A stretch of DNA of 64,000 nucleotides from NCBI RefSeq assembly GCF_018350175.1, contig NC_058368.1, forward strand, positions 194,000,001-194,064,000, read 5' to 3'. The number at the start of each line of letters is the position of its first letter. Within the stretch, counting starts at the first letter, position 1. Under the pieces are notes generated by a model. It worked only from the letters and a program-made list of their open reading frames with translations. It was not told the origin of the DNA and did no database searches. Source of the stretch: Felis catus (lineage: Eukaryota). This document shows positions 27,871 through 40,048 of the stretch, piece by piece. Position numbers and translations under genes: made by a program.

Positions 27871-27933
27871 CCTCCCCCACTCATGCTCTGTCTCTCTTTC
27901 TCTGTCAAAAATAAACATTGAAAAATTAAAAAA
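27708..27933 (+). mobile_element. Carnivore SINE (felid type)
   Basis: Perfect 17-bp TSD aagaaaaatattttgtg (27691-27707, 27934-27950). (CT)n tract and A tail. Confidence 0.95.
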
Positions 27934-29454
27934 AAGAAAAATATTTTGTGTGCTCTATACTAACTCCCTCTGTGCATTCATTTAAATTCAAATAGATGAC
28001 ATGAAAGAGAATCCTATCATATAAGGTTGTGCCTCTTGTTTTGCTTCTTAGGGCTGATCTAGCCTGTTCTAACTGTAAGGCATTGCAAGGTAACACAAGG
28101 GGAATTGAACCATAGATTTGGAAGCCTGAGTTTTGCATAAAATTGTGTGATTTTGTTCAAATATCCCCACCTTGGGTATCTCATTATAGACACATTTATC
28201 TTTGTGTCTTTTGGGGGGAGGTGCACTTGGAAAATCTGATTACTGAATAGTAGGCCATATTCTGACTCATTTTTGCCCTCTGATGAGGAAGTCTGAGTGC
28301 AGAGACAAAAAATGTTTCTGGTCTCATGAGATAGCACTCATCTTGTGGCTATGGCCACTGTACTACCGTCATGATAAAGATTCTGAAGCTACCTCTGAAC
28401 TTATCACAAAGAATGGCAGTAATCCATAATGTAGCATCTGACATGGACAAGGTCTGAGCTCTTTGTTTTAATGATTCTTTAGATAAGATATCTTCCCAGA
28501 AGTCTTTTTAATTCTTCTTCCCGGAATGTGCTTCTGCCCTGTGCTGGTGGATCTGAATCATGGCCACTAAAAGTCTACAAGCTACCACCCTACCTACCCC
28601 TGCTAATGTTGGGAATGACCTCTCAGGAATTATTTTCTCATTCACTCGTTCCTCACCCAATCAGACTCCAAGATCTGTCTTTGGTAAAAAGTGGCAAAAA
28701 GTGTGTTTACATCCCTCATTCCTGGCTGTCCATGCTTCTTCTTTAGAACATGATAGCTGTTCTGAGTGGTACATGAGCGGTGGGCTTGGGGGCTGGTGTA
28801 AAGAATGGCACTAGACTGCAAATCAGGAGATTGATGTTATTGTCCTACTTCAGCTTCATTTATGTGAGCCCTGGGGGAAGGCACCTTCATTTCCTAATGA
28901 ACACAGGTTAAGGGGAATTATTACCCTCATTTTACACAACAGAAGGTCAGAAAGGTGACCAGCACAGAACTTCTCAGCTTTGGGAGCAGACCATAGACCC
29001 AGCGGTCTTTTTACCACATTTATACTGCAGTCATAGTTCTATCTTCTGAGCTCTAGAGTCAGTACGGTAGAAAGAGAGACATTTCAGGATCTGGGAAAGA
29101 AACAAGGAAAATGGTTCCATTGGAAAACAGAAGCCTACAGGAGTCATTTGTTTGTAGTCTCTTTCTCCCTCTTCCCCCATTAACCCATCTGTTCACTGAG
29201 TCCCTCTACCCCCATATGATCTGGCTTTAAGGGTCAAGACAGATTGTTCCCTTGGGAACACTCAGAATCAGGAAAATGTGTGATTTGTCAAATGCCCTCC
29301 TCTTCCCCAACCTACTGGGAACTCCTAAGGGTCATACCCTTTAAGTTGATTTAAATTCCCAGAGAAGGAAGAGCCCCTATTTCTAGCTACTTACCTTTCT
29401 CCTTGTTGCTGGAACCCTTAGTTCTCATCTATAGACTAGGGGTTTAGGGGAAGC

Positions 29455-29595
29455 AACCTAAGAATTTAGCTAGTCATATCACCTTGCTTTTCATGGGAGA
29501 AACTTGAAACCTGTAGATGGGAAAGATTTTCTCAGGGTCAGATACTACATGAGTGGCAGAGCTTGGATTAGAACCCAGGTCTCTGGATTACTGTC
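29455..29595 (-). mobile_element. MIR
   Basis: gggagaaacttgaaacc...agggtcagatac...gagtggcagagcttggattagaacccaggtctctgga. Confidence 0.7.
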
Positions 29596-29656
29596 CCTAC
29601 AAGAAGGGTATTCAATCTAATAAAACAAATATTTTCAAACCTTTGGTGGGGGTCAT

Positions 29657-30215
29657 TGTTCTAGATACCTATTATTACATTAGGAGACCTAAAATTTAGT
29701 GGGATAAAACAATCATTTAATTATGCTTAATGATTCAACATATTAGGAATCAGAAAGGGTACCAACAGGAAGGACAGCTTTTCTCTCCTGTATGATTTTA
29801 TAATTTTGAGGGTCTCACCTGAGATGGCTTAAATACCTGAGGTCTGGGTCATCTGAAGCTGGAGGATCTACTTGCGAGATGGATCCTTTATTCACATACC
29901 TGGATGCTGGATTGGGGTGGCTAAGGAAGGGTATAAGCTTGGATTGTAAGTCAAAGCACCTATGTGTGGTCTCTGTAGCTTGGTAGTCTCAGAGAAATGG
30001 ACTTCTCATGTAGCAGCTCAGGACTCCATGAGTGAGTGTTCCCAGCAAACAAGGCAGAAGCTGCATGGTCTTTTATGTTACTCTCAAAAGCCACAAAGCA
30101 TCACTTCCACTGAAATGTATTTGTCAAAGCTTTCCCAGATTTAAGGGCAATAAATATAGATTCTACCTCTCAGTGGAAATACTATCAAAAAATTCACAGC
30201 ATACCCAGTTACATC
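29657..30215 (-). mobile_element. MLT1 (F/G/H-like) MaLR solo LTR
   Basis: cctaaaatttagtgggataaaacaa...gctggaggatctacttgcgagatgg...gcagctcaggactcc...aaggcagaagctgcatggtcttttatg...catcacttccac. Confidence 0.8.
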
Positions 30216-30244
30216 CTAAGACAGCATCTCAGGTGGATATAACC

Positions 30245-30992
30245 ATTAGGATTTCCCCCTCAATGGAGTTGATCTTGTTGGGAAGAGACATATATAAACA
30301 AATATATACAAACAAAAGAATATAATTAGATTTTGACAGTATCAGTCAAGGAAACTGAGATGACATGATCAATGTTTAATAGGGCAAAGTAAAATGATGG
30401 GATGAATATGAAGTCAAGAAATATTTCTCCAAGGAGGTAATATTAAGCTGAAACTTGAAGGGTAAGGAGTCAGCCCTGAAACATCAAGGGAATAGTGTGA
30501 TCTAGGTAGAGAAGAAAATGCAAAGGCCCTGGGGCAGAAATAAACTTAAGCAGGCAAATTACAAGAAGCCAGTGTGGCTGAGAAAGAACAAGCATTGGAA
30601 ACAGTGAAGAGGTTGCATAGGTGGATGGCAGGGCATCTGGGACTCTATGTGTCCTGGTAAGATATACAGCTTCTATCCCAAGCATGATGGGAAGTCACTG
30701 AAAGGTCTTAAAATGATCTCTGTGGCATGGATGAACACAGCTGGAATGGGATACTAGTCGTAGTGGGAGATCATTTGGGGAAAATGGTCATGTCTCATAC
30801 ATAAAATGTAGGATACATGTTATAGAATGGAGTTCAAGGAAAGTAGATGGAGTGCAGAATATCTTGGTGATAAACAGACATAAGTTTCTAATAGTTTTGA
30901 AGTGAGAAATAATAAAAAAAGAAGCCAAAAATAATTTCCAGATTTTTTAGCTTGACCAGTTGGATCAATGCTGCTACCATTCACTAAGACAG
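30245..30992 (-). mobile_element. L2 LINE fragment
   Basis: Purine-rich L2 antisense hallmarks (aggaggtaatattaagctgaaacttgaagg, gcaaaggccctggggcag, gatgggaagtcactgaaagg, ccattcactaagac). Confidence 0.75.
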
Positions 30993-31044
30993 TTTCACTT
31001 CCATCTTTGATCATTCATTTATGCCTCCCCAAGAACTTAATCCA

Positions 31045-31545
31045 TGTGCATGCTTTTGGATGCAAGAAATAAAATCTTTGACTCAAATCTACATAAACAA
31101 TGTTATGTTTATTATGTGTGTAACTGGAAGTTCTGAGGTAAGTTAGATTTAGTAATGTTACCACAGACCCAAGATTTTTCCCTGTCTCCATTCAACCTTC
31201 CTCAGTATTTATTTCATGGCAGTGCTGATTACTTTGTGGTGACAGTATGGATGTTATTAATATTTAGGATTATGTAGTATGTTGTTTACATCCTGCAGAG
31301 AAGAGAGAGACACAGACACACAGACTGAGAACCCAATCAACCAAGCATGGACTGAGACCTTCCATTTATACTAAATGAGGTCATCTCTGATCCCCATAAG
31401 TCATCCAGAAAAGACCATGGGCTGCTCGCTTGGACCAATTAAATCTGTACCTGAATTATTCCTTGAGGCATATAAAAAGTATCACATCCTGAACAGATGT
31501 AGAGTTCAATAAATAACAAATAAAAGAGAAATGGATGCTGGGTGC
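31045..31545 (-). mobile_element. MLT1J/K-like MaLR LTR remnant
   Basis: gcttttggatgcaagaaataaaatctttgactcaaa...tttattatg...taactggaagttc...atggatgctggg. Confidence 0.55.
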
Positions 31546-32162
31546 CTAATAAAAAGTGTTAAAATCTCTAGGCCACATCTGGGCCTAGAAAAAAAAAAAA
31601 AGAATGTCTTTGTCCAAAGGAGTAATTCAGTCATAAAAATTTCAGATATTGTGCCTTTCCAGATATGTTTTTGATAGGAGACATTTTTCTGATAGTTAAA
31701 CAATTTAGAGCCAACACCTCTCCTTACAAGTCATAGCCTACTTCCTTCTCCCAAGAAGCCTGGTGCAGTGGAAAGCAATATAGTAGAAAAGGCTTGGTCT
31801 TCACAGAACCTCTCCTTCCAGAGTCTCAGTTTCAAGTAGTGGAAGATAAATCTGGAGGGGTGCAAAGCACAACACTGGATTACTCAGTACTACGAAGAAG
31901 ACATCATGCTGTCAGGTGAAATTTGGGAGTTAAAATTTTGCCTCAAGGAAAAAACTCTACCAGTACAATGTCATGATCACTCCCTCTCAGTCCTTTGAGA
32001 ATATCCATCACCATCTCTTTCCATCCTTATTGGAGTCTGAATTAATACCTTTTTGGTGGGTCAAGTTAGCATGTTCTCTCAGGAGGAGGAACTCTGGTAC
32101 AAGGAGGTAGTCATCATCTATGCCTACCTTCTAAGATTCTGAAACTAGTTCTCTGGTGCTTT

Positions 32163-32242
32163 CTATTTATTTGATTTAAGTTTATTTAGTTTTTTATGTT
32201 TATTAATTTTTATATTTTTAAGTTTATTTCTTTTGAGAGAAA

Positions 32243-32298
<56 letters not shown>

Positions 32299-32463
32299 GA
32301 GTGGGGGAGGGGCAGAGAAAGAGAGGAAGAGAGAGAATGCCAAGCAGGCTCCGTGATGTCAGCACACAGCCCAACTCAGGCCTCATCTCACGACCTGAGA
32401 GATCATGACCTGAGCTGATATCAACAGTCAGCTGCTTAACCAACTGAGCCACCCAGGTGCCCC
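32163..32463 (-). mobile_element. Carnivore SINE with long AT-rich tail
   Basis: TSD tctctggtgcttt / tccctggtgcttt. (GA)n tract. Confidence 0.94.
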
Positions 32464-33344
32464 TCCCTGGTGCTTTTTAAAGAGTGAACTATGATAAACA
32501 TTTCTACTATTACATATGGGGAAATTGCCATTTAAAGAAATATGATGAATAAAAGATTTTATGGTTTGTGATTGGCAGGGCTAGAATAAAAAGCCAAGTC
32601 TCCTTGAGTATTATTAGGGTGACTATATAATTTACTGTCAAAATTGAAAAAATTTTGAGGGTACTCATAATTGCTTTGGGACATCTGGCATGAGCCAGGA
32701 CCATCTTGAGCAAATAAAGACTCAGGGTGGCTCTAGGCTTGTCAGAATAAAGTATGTGATTGAAGATATTGTATGGATATAACATATAAGTGATTTAAAC
32801 TTAGTTAATATAACATGAATAGTAGCCATTTTTCTTCTTTATCCTACTTCTGTATTTTTTTCTTTTGCTTTTGCTTTCTTTTTTTTCTTGCCATTTCTTA
32901 ACATTTTTATCATTTACTATTTTTACCCCATAAAATTTTCACATATACATAGTTTAACAGATGAAACTTTCACCTTTTCAATTGTGTTCTGATAAAATAT
33001 TTTACACTATAGATTGTTTTTGAATTACCATTTTTTAAAATACAGAAATATAGAGAATACATATATTGAATACATTATTTACAGTATCTGTCTTGTTTTC
33101 CTTTGCTTTGAGCCTAAAGTCTATCTTAAAATGTATAATATCAACTGATTTAAAAATATATGTTAAGGCACACAATATGTACTTTGATTTTGATAATTTT
33201 CTTTCTCTGGAGCCACTCTGACAGCACTCTCCTCTGCTTTCCACTACATCCTACCTCGGAGGTTATTCCCAAGGGAACTGTTGTATTGCTTTCTTTGTTG
33301 AAGCCATTTTCTTACAATCAAGGAACTGTAGTCATGCTCAGGCA

Positions 33345-33565
33345 TCACAGCCTTGGGGTCAGACCTAGACTGACCCCTGTCTCAGGGGCTCTGAACTAGA
33401 GACATGTCACTTCACATGTCTGCACCTCAGTGTTTTCATCAGAGCCTCCATATTCTCCCCTTCAATTTCCTCCACTTCTGAAGTTGTAAGCAGTAAAATA
33501 AAATGATGTTTATAAGGCCTTTGGCACTGTACTTGGACCATAGCAAGTGATCAGAAAATAGTACT
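33345..33565 (+). mobile_element. MIR
   Basis: gccttggggtcagacc...gtcacttcacatgtctgcacctcagtgttttcatc...ggcactgtacttggaccatagcaagtgatca. Confidence 0.7.
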
Positions 33566-33731
33566 TAGAAGGTAGGAATGGTAATAAAGAGTCAAGGTCA
33601 GAGAGACTCAAGGACATAGTAAAAATTCAAAGGAAAAGTTTCATGACACTTTGGACGGTCAGCTAGGTCTTTTAGACTTCTGAGAGCATAGCTCTGCTCA
33701 TTCCTTAAAGGAGGTGACACGTTTTTAATAA

Positions 33732-33913
33732 TACTGTTTCATTTAATTATGTAATTAAACCACCATTGATTATAGACACCCTATGGATTTCAATACAAAT
33801 TTTCAAGAGAAAATAGTTGGAGTACCACATTAAATGTAAGCATCAATTCTAAGACTCATTTCAGAGATAGTAAAAATTAACATAAACTAATATATTAGAA
33901 TTAACAAAATAAG
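33732..33913. mobile_element. MER104/Kanga-like Tc2 MITE remnant
   Basis: caccattgattatagacacc...gcatcaattctaagactcatttcagagat...ttagaattaacaaaata resembles the remembered MER104 consensus. Confidence 0.5.
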
Positions 33914-34074
33914 TGATTTATTGAGTGTGAGGTATTTTATGATATACCCTGAGAAAATGTGAGATCCACGGTGATCATGCTAGTGTCTAGGCATTACTGT
34001 TCCTCTGACACAACTAATTAACAAGAAAAACTTGTCATCTCTTTATTTGAAGTTGCATGTTGATAGAATTTGAT

Positions 34075-34300
34075 ACAAATTTATTATATGATTACTCTGT
34101 GCCAAGGAATATGCTGGGAACCCTATATTCATAATCTCATTTAATGAATGAAATGAATGAATGAACCTAATTTAATAAATGTCTCTCATCAATCATGTGA
34201 GATATAATTATTAATCCTGTTTTGTAGAGGGGGAAGAATTGATTGGCTAATGTTCTTGGACTAGTGGGTGGCAAAGGTCAGTTTTGAACCTAGTTTACAT
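34075..34300 (-). mobile_element. MIR
   Basis: tactctgtgccaagg...ataatctcatttaat...ttattaatcctgttttgtagaggggg...ttgaacctag. Confidence 0.7.
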
Positions 34301-36150
34301 GCCTGAGGAGCCTATACTCCTGTTTTGCTAAATCAACTCCTTGAATGGTTTTCCTTGCTTTGGAATCAATCAAATTCCTTACCCCTTTTAACACAGGTAC
34401 CAGAAAGAACCAACAGAGCTCAAGGAAGCCAATTCCCCTGACCCCAGGCTCCCTATCCCTTGTTACTTTTACTAGTTGCCTCAGAAAGCTGTAATTAACA
34501 TCTACCCTGAGGAGCCAGGGGAGTAACAACAGAGGTGATTTTTGTGCTATTGACTTGCTCTGCCAAATAATTGCCCACATTTAAGCTTTCAGGAAGAAAG
34601 CATCCCTGGAGAAAAGGGAGTTGGAGGGCCTGATAATGTGGGAGGGTGGTAGTAGGAGAAGCCTGGTAAGAAGAAAAGAGCTTTATTATAGTACATGCTG
34701 CTAATTTGGAGCTGTGACCTTTGCTGGTTTTTTTTTTTTTCCTTCTAACTGGGTTTATGAAGTTTGTGTTCATTATCCACAAAAATATTACCATTTCTAG
34801 GTTTAGTTGTGAGTGATGAAAGGAATACAAGGATCTAGACATGGCATCCAGGGAGGAGTTTGAGTGTCTATGCTGTTTGGTAAAAGTGGTCAGTCTTAAG
34901 AGTTTCTAGGATACTAGAAAAGAAAGATCAGAGTGGGTTCTGGGACTGAACAAGTCTTAGATGCAGGGAGAGAAGTTGTGTAGTAATTGATTAGTGATAT
35001 CTGCTACATGGGAGGTATCAAAAAATGGGACTTGTATTTGTATTAGTTATTTACCAGACTGGACCTTTAAGTGACAACTAATGTCATTTCCTTACCTAAT
35101 CTATAGCATAGCATAACATAACCAAGACTCACTTATGAAGACAAGCCCATGATTAGTGGGTAACGGAGAATAACTGAACTAAGGGAATAGTCCTATCTAG
35201 AGAAATGAAATATATGCTTGAAAATGGAAAGAGTTGTTCTGGCCACTGGAAAAATCAGTTGGTGGTCTGAGTTTTTTAGGAGAAGGTCAACTGTTTGAAA
35301 TTATTTGAGAGTGAAAAGGAAGGAACGGGCTATTTTATTTTCTTCTAATTTTAGGCCCTTAAAGATACAAAACATGTCTATGTTGTAATTCTGTCTTCCC
35401 AAAGACACTCCTCCAACTTTGAGTATAGTTATGGTAATTCACTCAATGTTCTAATTAAATTAATAGTTGATGAATGTATTAAGTATGTTAATTGGATTCT
35501 GCTTGCTTGAAATCCTGGCTTCTTAATTGGTTAGAAATTTGGAAAAGAGCAATCTAGGGTTTTAATCTCAGCAGGAAGGAAAAAAAAAAAAAAAACAGTG
35601 AAAGGAGCAGCTAGGGAAAGTTTTAGAAATACATTACGTAACACAAATCTCAACCTAAAAGGATTTCCTCAGGAGTCTATATCCTAAAGACATTATATCC
35701 TAAAGACAAAGTGGATCTTTCTTGGACACATTTACCAGTTTTCACCTCTGACTGCTTTCCCCTAAGAAATGTCAGAGTCTGTTCTGAGCTAGAACATGAT
35801 TTAGAGGAAATTTAGTTCCATTTTAGGTGATAGAAACTTTCAAACCAACCGAATTCCTGAGATATGCAATATAGAAAACCAGGACTGCTTTGGTGGGCAC
35901 AGTGAGTGGAGGACCAGGGTTCTGCCAAATCGATACTCTGTCATCACACAGGGCCCTTTTGCAGAATATCTGAAAACTCTGGTCTTATACTGCCTGTAAT
36001 TACATAAAAGACAAATTGTTCTTTAGATGGGCTTAGGGTCTTATTCAAGGCCACACACTGAGATAGTGACTAAGTCAAAGCCTATACCTGGGCATCTGGC
36101 TCTAAGGTAGAACTCTTGACCATATGGTTGTATTTTAGCATTCTTATTTT

Positions 36151-38883
36151 TAATCGAAGAATAATTGATATACAATCTTGCATTAGTTTTAGGTGTGCTA
36201 TATGGCGTTTTGATATTTATATACATTACTAAATGGCCACCACAATAAATCTAGTTACCATCTGTCACTATATGAAGTTATTACAGTATTATTGATTATA
36301 TTCCCAGTACTATGCATTACACCCCCTGACTTAATAATTTTATATTTGGAAGTTTGTACTTCTTAGTCCTTTTCATCTATTTCTTCCATTTCTTGCCCCT
36401 TTCCCCTCTGACAACCATCAGTTTGTTCTCTGTACCTATGAGTCTATTTCTGTTTTGTTTTCTTTGTTCACTTGTTTTGATTTTTAAACTTCACACAAAT
36501 GAATATCATATGGTATTTGTCTTTACCTACTTAATTCATTTAGCATAATATCTTCTGCTTTCATCTATGTTCTCACAAGTGGCAACATTTCATTCTATTT
36601 TATGGCTGAGTTATATTCTGTTGTATGTAAGTATATATACATGGATATATATCAACCTCATCTTTATCCATTCATCTACTGATAGACACTTAGGTTGATT
36701 CCATAGCTTGGCTGTTGTAAATGATGCTGCCATAAACATGGGGTTCATGTATCTTTTTGAATTAGCATTTTCAATAACTTTGGATACATACCTAGAAGTG
36801 GAATTGTTGCATAGTACAGTAGTTCTATTTGTAACTTTTTGAAGAATTTCATATTGTTTTCCATAGTGGCCACATTCCCACCAGCAGTGTTCAAGGGAAC
36901 CCTTTTCTTCACTTCCTGTGTACACTTCCTGTCTTTTTGATAATAACCATTCTGACAAGCAGAAGATGATATCTCATTGTGGTTTCGATTTGCATTTCCT
37001 TGCTAGTGATGCTGAGCATTTTTTCATGTGCCTATTGGCCACTTGTATGTCTTACTTGGAAAAATGTCTATTTAGATCCTCCATCCATTTTTTGAATAGA
37101 TTATGTTTTTGATATTAAATTGTATGAGTTTAACATATTTTGGTTGCTAACCCCTTTCAGATATAAAATTTGCAAATATGTTTTCCCCTTCGGTAGGTTG
37201 CCTTCTTGGGCAAAATCTTGGGATTTTTGGTTGTTGTAGTCCCACTTGTTGCTGTTTGCTTTTGTTACTTACACTTGCCTGAAGAGGTAGATCCAAACCA
37301 TATTTTGTTGAAAATGACATCAAAGAGCTTACTGCCTGTATCTTTTATGGCTTCAGGTCTTATATTTTGTTCCTTAATCCATTTCAAGTTAATATTTGTG
37401 TGTGGTATAAGAAAGTGGTCCAATTTCTTTCTTCTATGTGTAGCTGTCCAGTTTTGCCAGCACCATTTATTGAAGAGACTGTCTTTTCCCCAATGGATAG
37501 TCTTCCTTTGTCGTAGATGAGTTGACCATAGAGCGTGGATTTATTTCTGAGCTCTCTGTTCTGTTCTATTGATGGATGTGTCTGTTTCTGTGCCAGTACC
37601 ATACTTTTTGATTACCGTAGCTTTGTAGCATGGTTTGAAATCTGGGATCATGATACCTCCAGCTTTGTTCTTATTTTTCAAGATTGTTTTACTCTTTGGG
37701 TTGTTTCAGGGTTCCATACAAATTTTAGGATTATTTTTGTCTAGTTCTGTGAAAAATGCCATTGGTATTTGATAAGGATTGCCCATTGAATCAGTATATT
37801 GCTTTGGATGGTATGGATATTTTACCAATATTAAAGCTTGGTAAATATTAAATTACCAATAGTAAATATTGATTTTACCAATATTAAATCTTACCAATAT
37901 TAAATCTTACCAAATATTAAATCTTAAAACCAATATTTACCAATATTACCATTCAATGAACACAGTATATATTTCCATTTATTTGTACCTTCAATTTCTT
38001 TCATCAATGTCTTATATTTTTCAAAGTACAGGTCTTTCACCTCCCTGATAACATTTATTTCTAGGTATTTTGTTATTTTGATTCAATTGTGAATAGGACT
38101 GTTTTGATTTCTCTTTCTGATAGCCTGTTACTAGTATATAGAAATGCAACAGATTTCTGTATATTTGTTTTATATTCTGCAACTCTCCTGAAATCATTCA
38201 TTCTAGTAGTTTATTTGATGAAAGCTTTAGGGTTTTCTATATATAGGATACTGTCATCTGCATATAATGACAGTTTTACTTCTTTTACAATTTGGATAAT
38301 TTTATTTTTGTTGGCTAATTTCTGTGGCTAGGACTCCCAATACTATTTTGAATAAAAGTGGCATTCATGAGCATCCTTATCTTGCTTCTGGTCTTAGAAG
38401 AAAAGCTTTCAGCTACTGTCACCCACTCTTGAATAATGACTATGATGTTAGCTGTCAGTTTGTCATCCATATCTATTATTACGTTGAGGTACATTTCCTC
38501 TATACCCACTTTGTTTTTATCATAAATGGATGTTATGGATGTTGAATTTTGTCAAATGCTTTTTCTGTATCTATCGAGGTGATTGTATGATTTTTATCCT
38601 TTATTTTACTAATGTGCATCACATTGATGTGCAGATGTTTAACCATCCTTGTATTCCTGGAGTAAATCCACTTGATCAGAATGTACGTTTGGCTATCTTT
38701 CCTGCTCTTGAAGGAGTGGCCTTACTTAAGAGATGTCCTTGACTACAAGGAGTGTAATAACTCCCTAGGCACCAGGGTCAGGTGCTCCAGTGATGTCCCC
38801 TATATGGGCATATGTCTGCATGTTGTGGTGGGTTCACTACTACTACAGGTGTGTTGGTTGGCTGAGGTGGCCCCTGGCTCAGC
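36151..38883 (-). mobile_element. Older carnivore/eutherian L1 (L1MA9/L1_Carn-like): 3'UTR plus 3' half of ORF2, joined to a short 5'UTR-like piece
   Basis: Decayed ORF2 peptides ([36 protein letters not shown]). Homologous to the young L1 up to about 38680. Degenerate TSD tagcattcttatttt (36136-36150) / tagtattcttagttt (38884-38898). Confidence 0.9.
37817..37950. repeat. Local tandem/inverted expansion of TTACCAATATTAAATC-like units inside the older L1
   Basis: About seven ACCAAT(A)-containing copies plus one inverted copy (ttggtaaatat, 37838-37848). Confidence 0.85.
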
Positions 38884-40048
38884 TAGTATTCTTAGTTTAT
38901 CTTTACTTAGATTAGTGAGGTTTGTCTTTTTTTCTCTAGATTTTGTTTCTTTGAGCTTATTTATTTTGGAATGTAATGTTCAGATCAAAAACATTTACGT
39001 TTGTAAGTTTTAACCTACTGTTTTTATTCCTTATATGTTCATTCATTTTTCTAGATTATAGGCTCCTTGAGGGTAAAGCTTCAACATATCTCCTCAATGA
39101 GCATGTGTTTAACATAGCCTGGAATATAAATTTTAGAAGCTCTTATAAAATGATCCCACCCCATCATTCCTGGTCCCAATATTTCAAGATATTGGCAGTA
39201 AGTGCCAGAAGCCCTTACTGATTGAAGCCCCAATTGGTTCATTTTCTGTAGTTGACTCTTCTTCCCAGATAGTTTTTTGTATGAAATTATTTTGTATTCC
39301 AAATTAATTTTAGATTTCTTCATGTATTATCATAGTGTGCTATCACATGCATTCTTTGAAATTATTATCAGAGACATTAAAAATGCGTAACCACTGGTGT
39401 ACAATACAGGCCCTGGTCAGTCAGAATGGGCACTCACTATAAAACTCACTATGGCCCTATGTGTGCCCATGTACCTCCAAAGGAGCAGGGAGTAGGCTCC
39501 CATGTGCCAGCCTTCCCCATTGCTCCCTTGCTGAACAAGTTGTCCATCTACCTCCCCTTGTCCAACCTGCTCTACCAGACATTAGTGAAAAAAATGATCT
39601 TACTGAAGGTTTCATGGCAAAGATGAATAAAGATTTTGTAGGCTACAAAACTTCACTTTCCAAATCTACATCACACTTTCATGAATCCATTCAGCAAATG
39701 TTTATTGTACCAGAACATCTCTTCTTTCCAGTAACTTCCTTCCAGCTTCTGTCCCTCATTGTGTCTCCCTTTCCTGGCTTCAAACCATTTGAAAATAAGT
39801 TGCCGTCATGTTGCCTTTTTTTCTTTTTTCAATATTTGAAATTTATTGTCAAATTGGTTTCCATACAACACCCAGTGCTCATCCCAAAAGGTGCCCTCCT
39901 CAATACCCATCACCCACCCTCCCCTCCCTCCCACCCCCCATCAACCCTCAGTTTGTTCTCAGTTTTTAAGAGTCTCTTATGCTTTGGCTCTCTTCCACTC
40001 TAACCTCTTTTTTTCCTTCCCCTCCCCCATGGGTTTCTGTTAAGTTTC

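Noticed and set aside
35678..35708. 16-bp tandem duplication (similar ones at about 10236, 14130 and 50078)
   Set aside because: Two-copy slippage duplications common in mammalian DNA. There is no spacer array, so these are not CRISPR-like.
39461..40003. 180-aa ORF on +
   Set aside because: Runs across an old repeat, the L1 TSD and the antisense L1 3'UTR, so it is a chance read-through.
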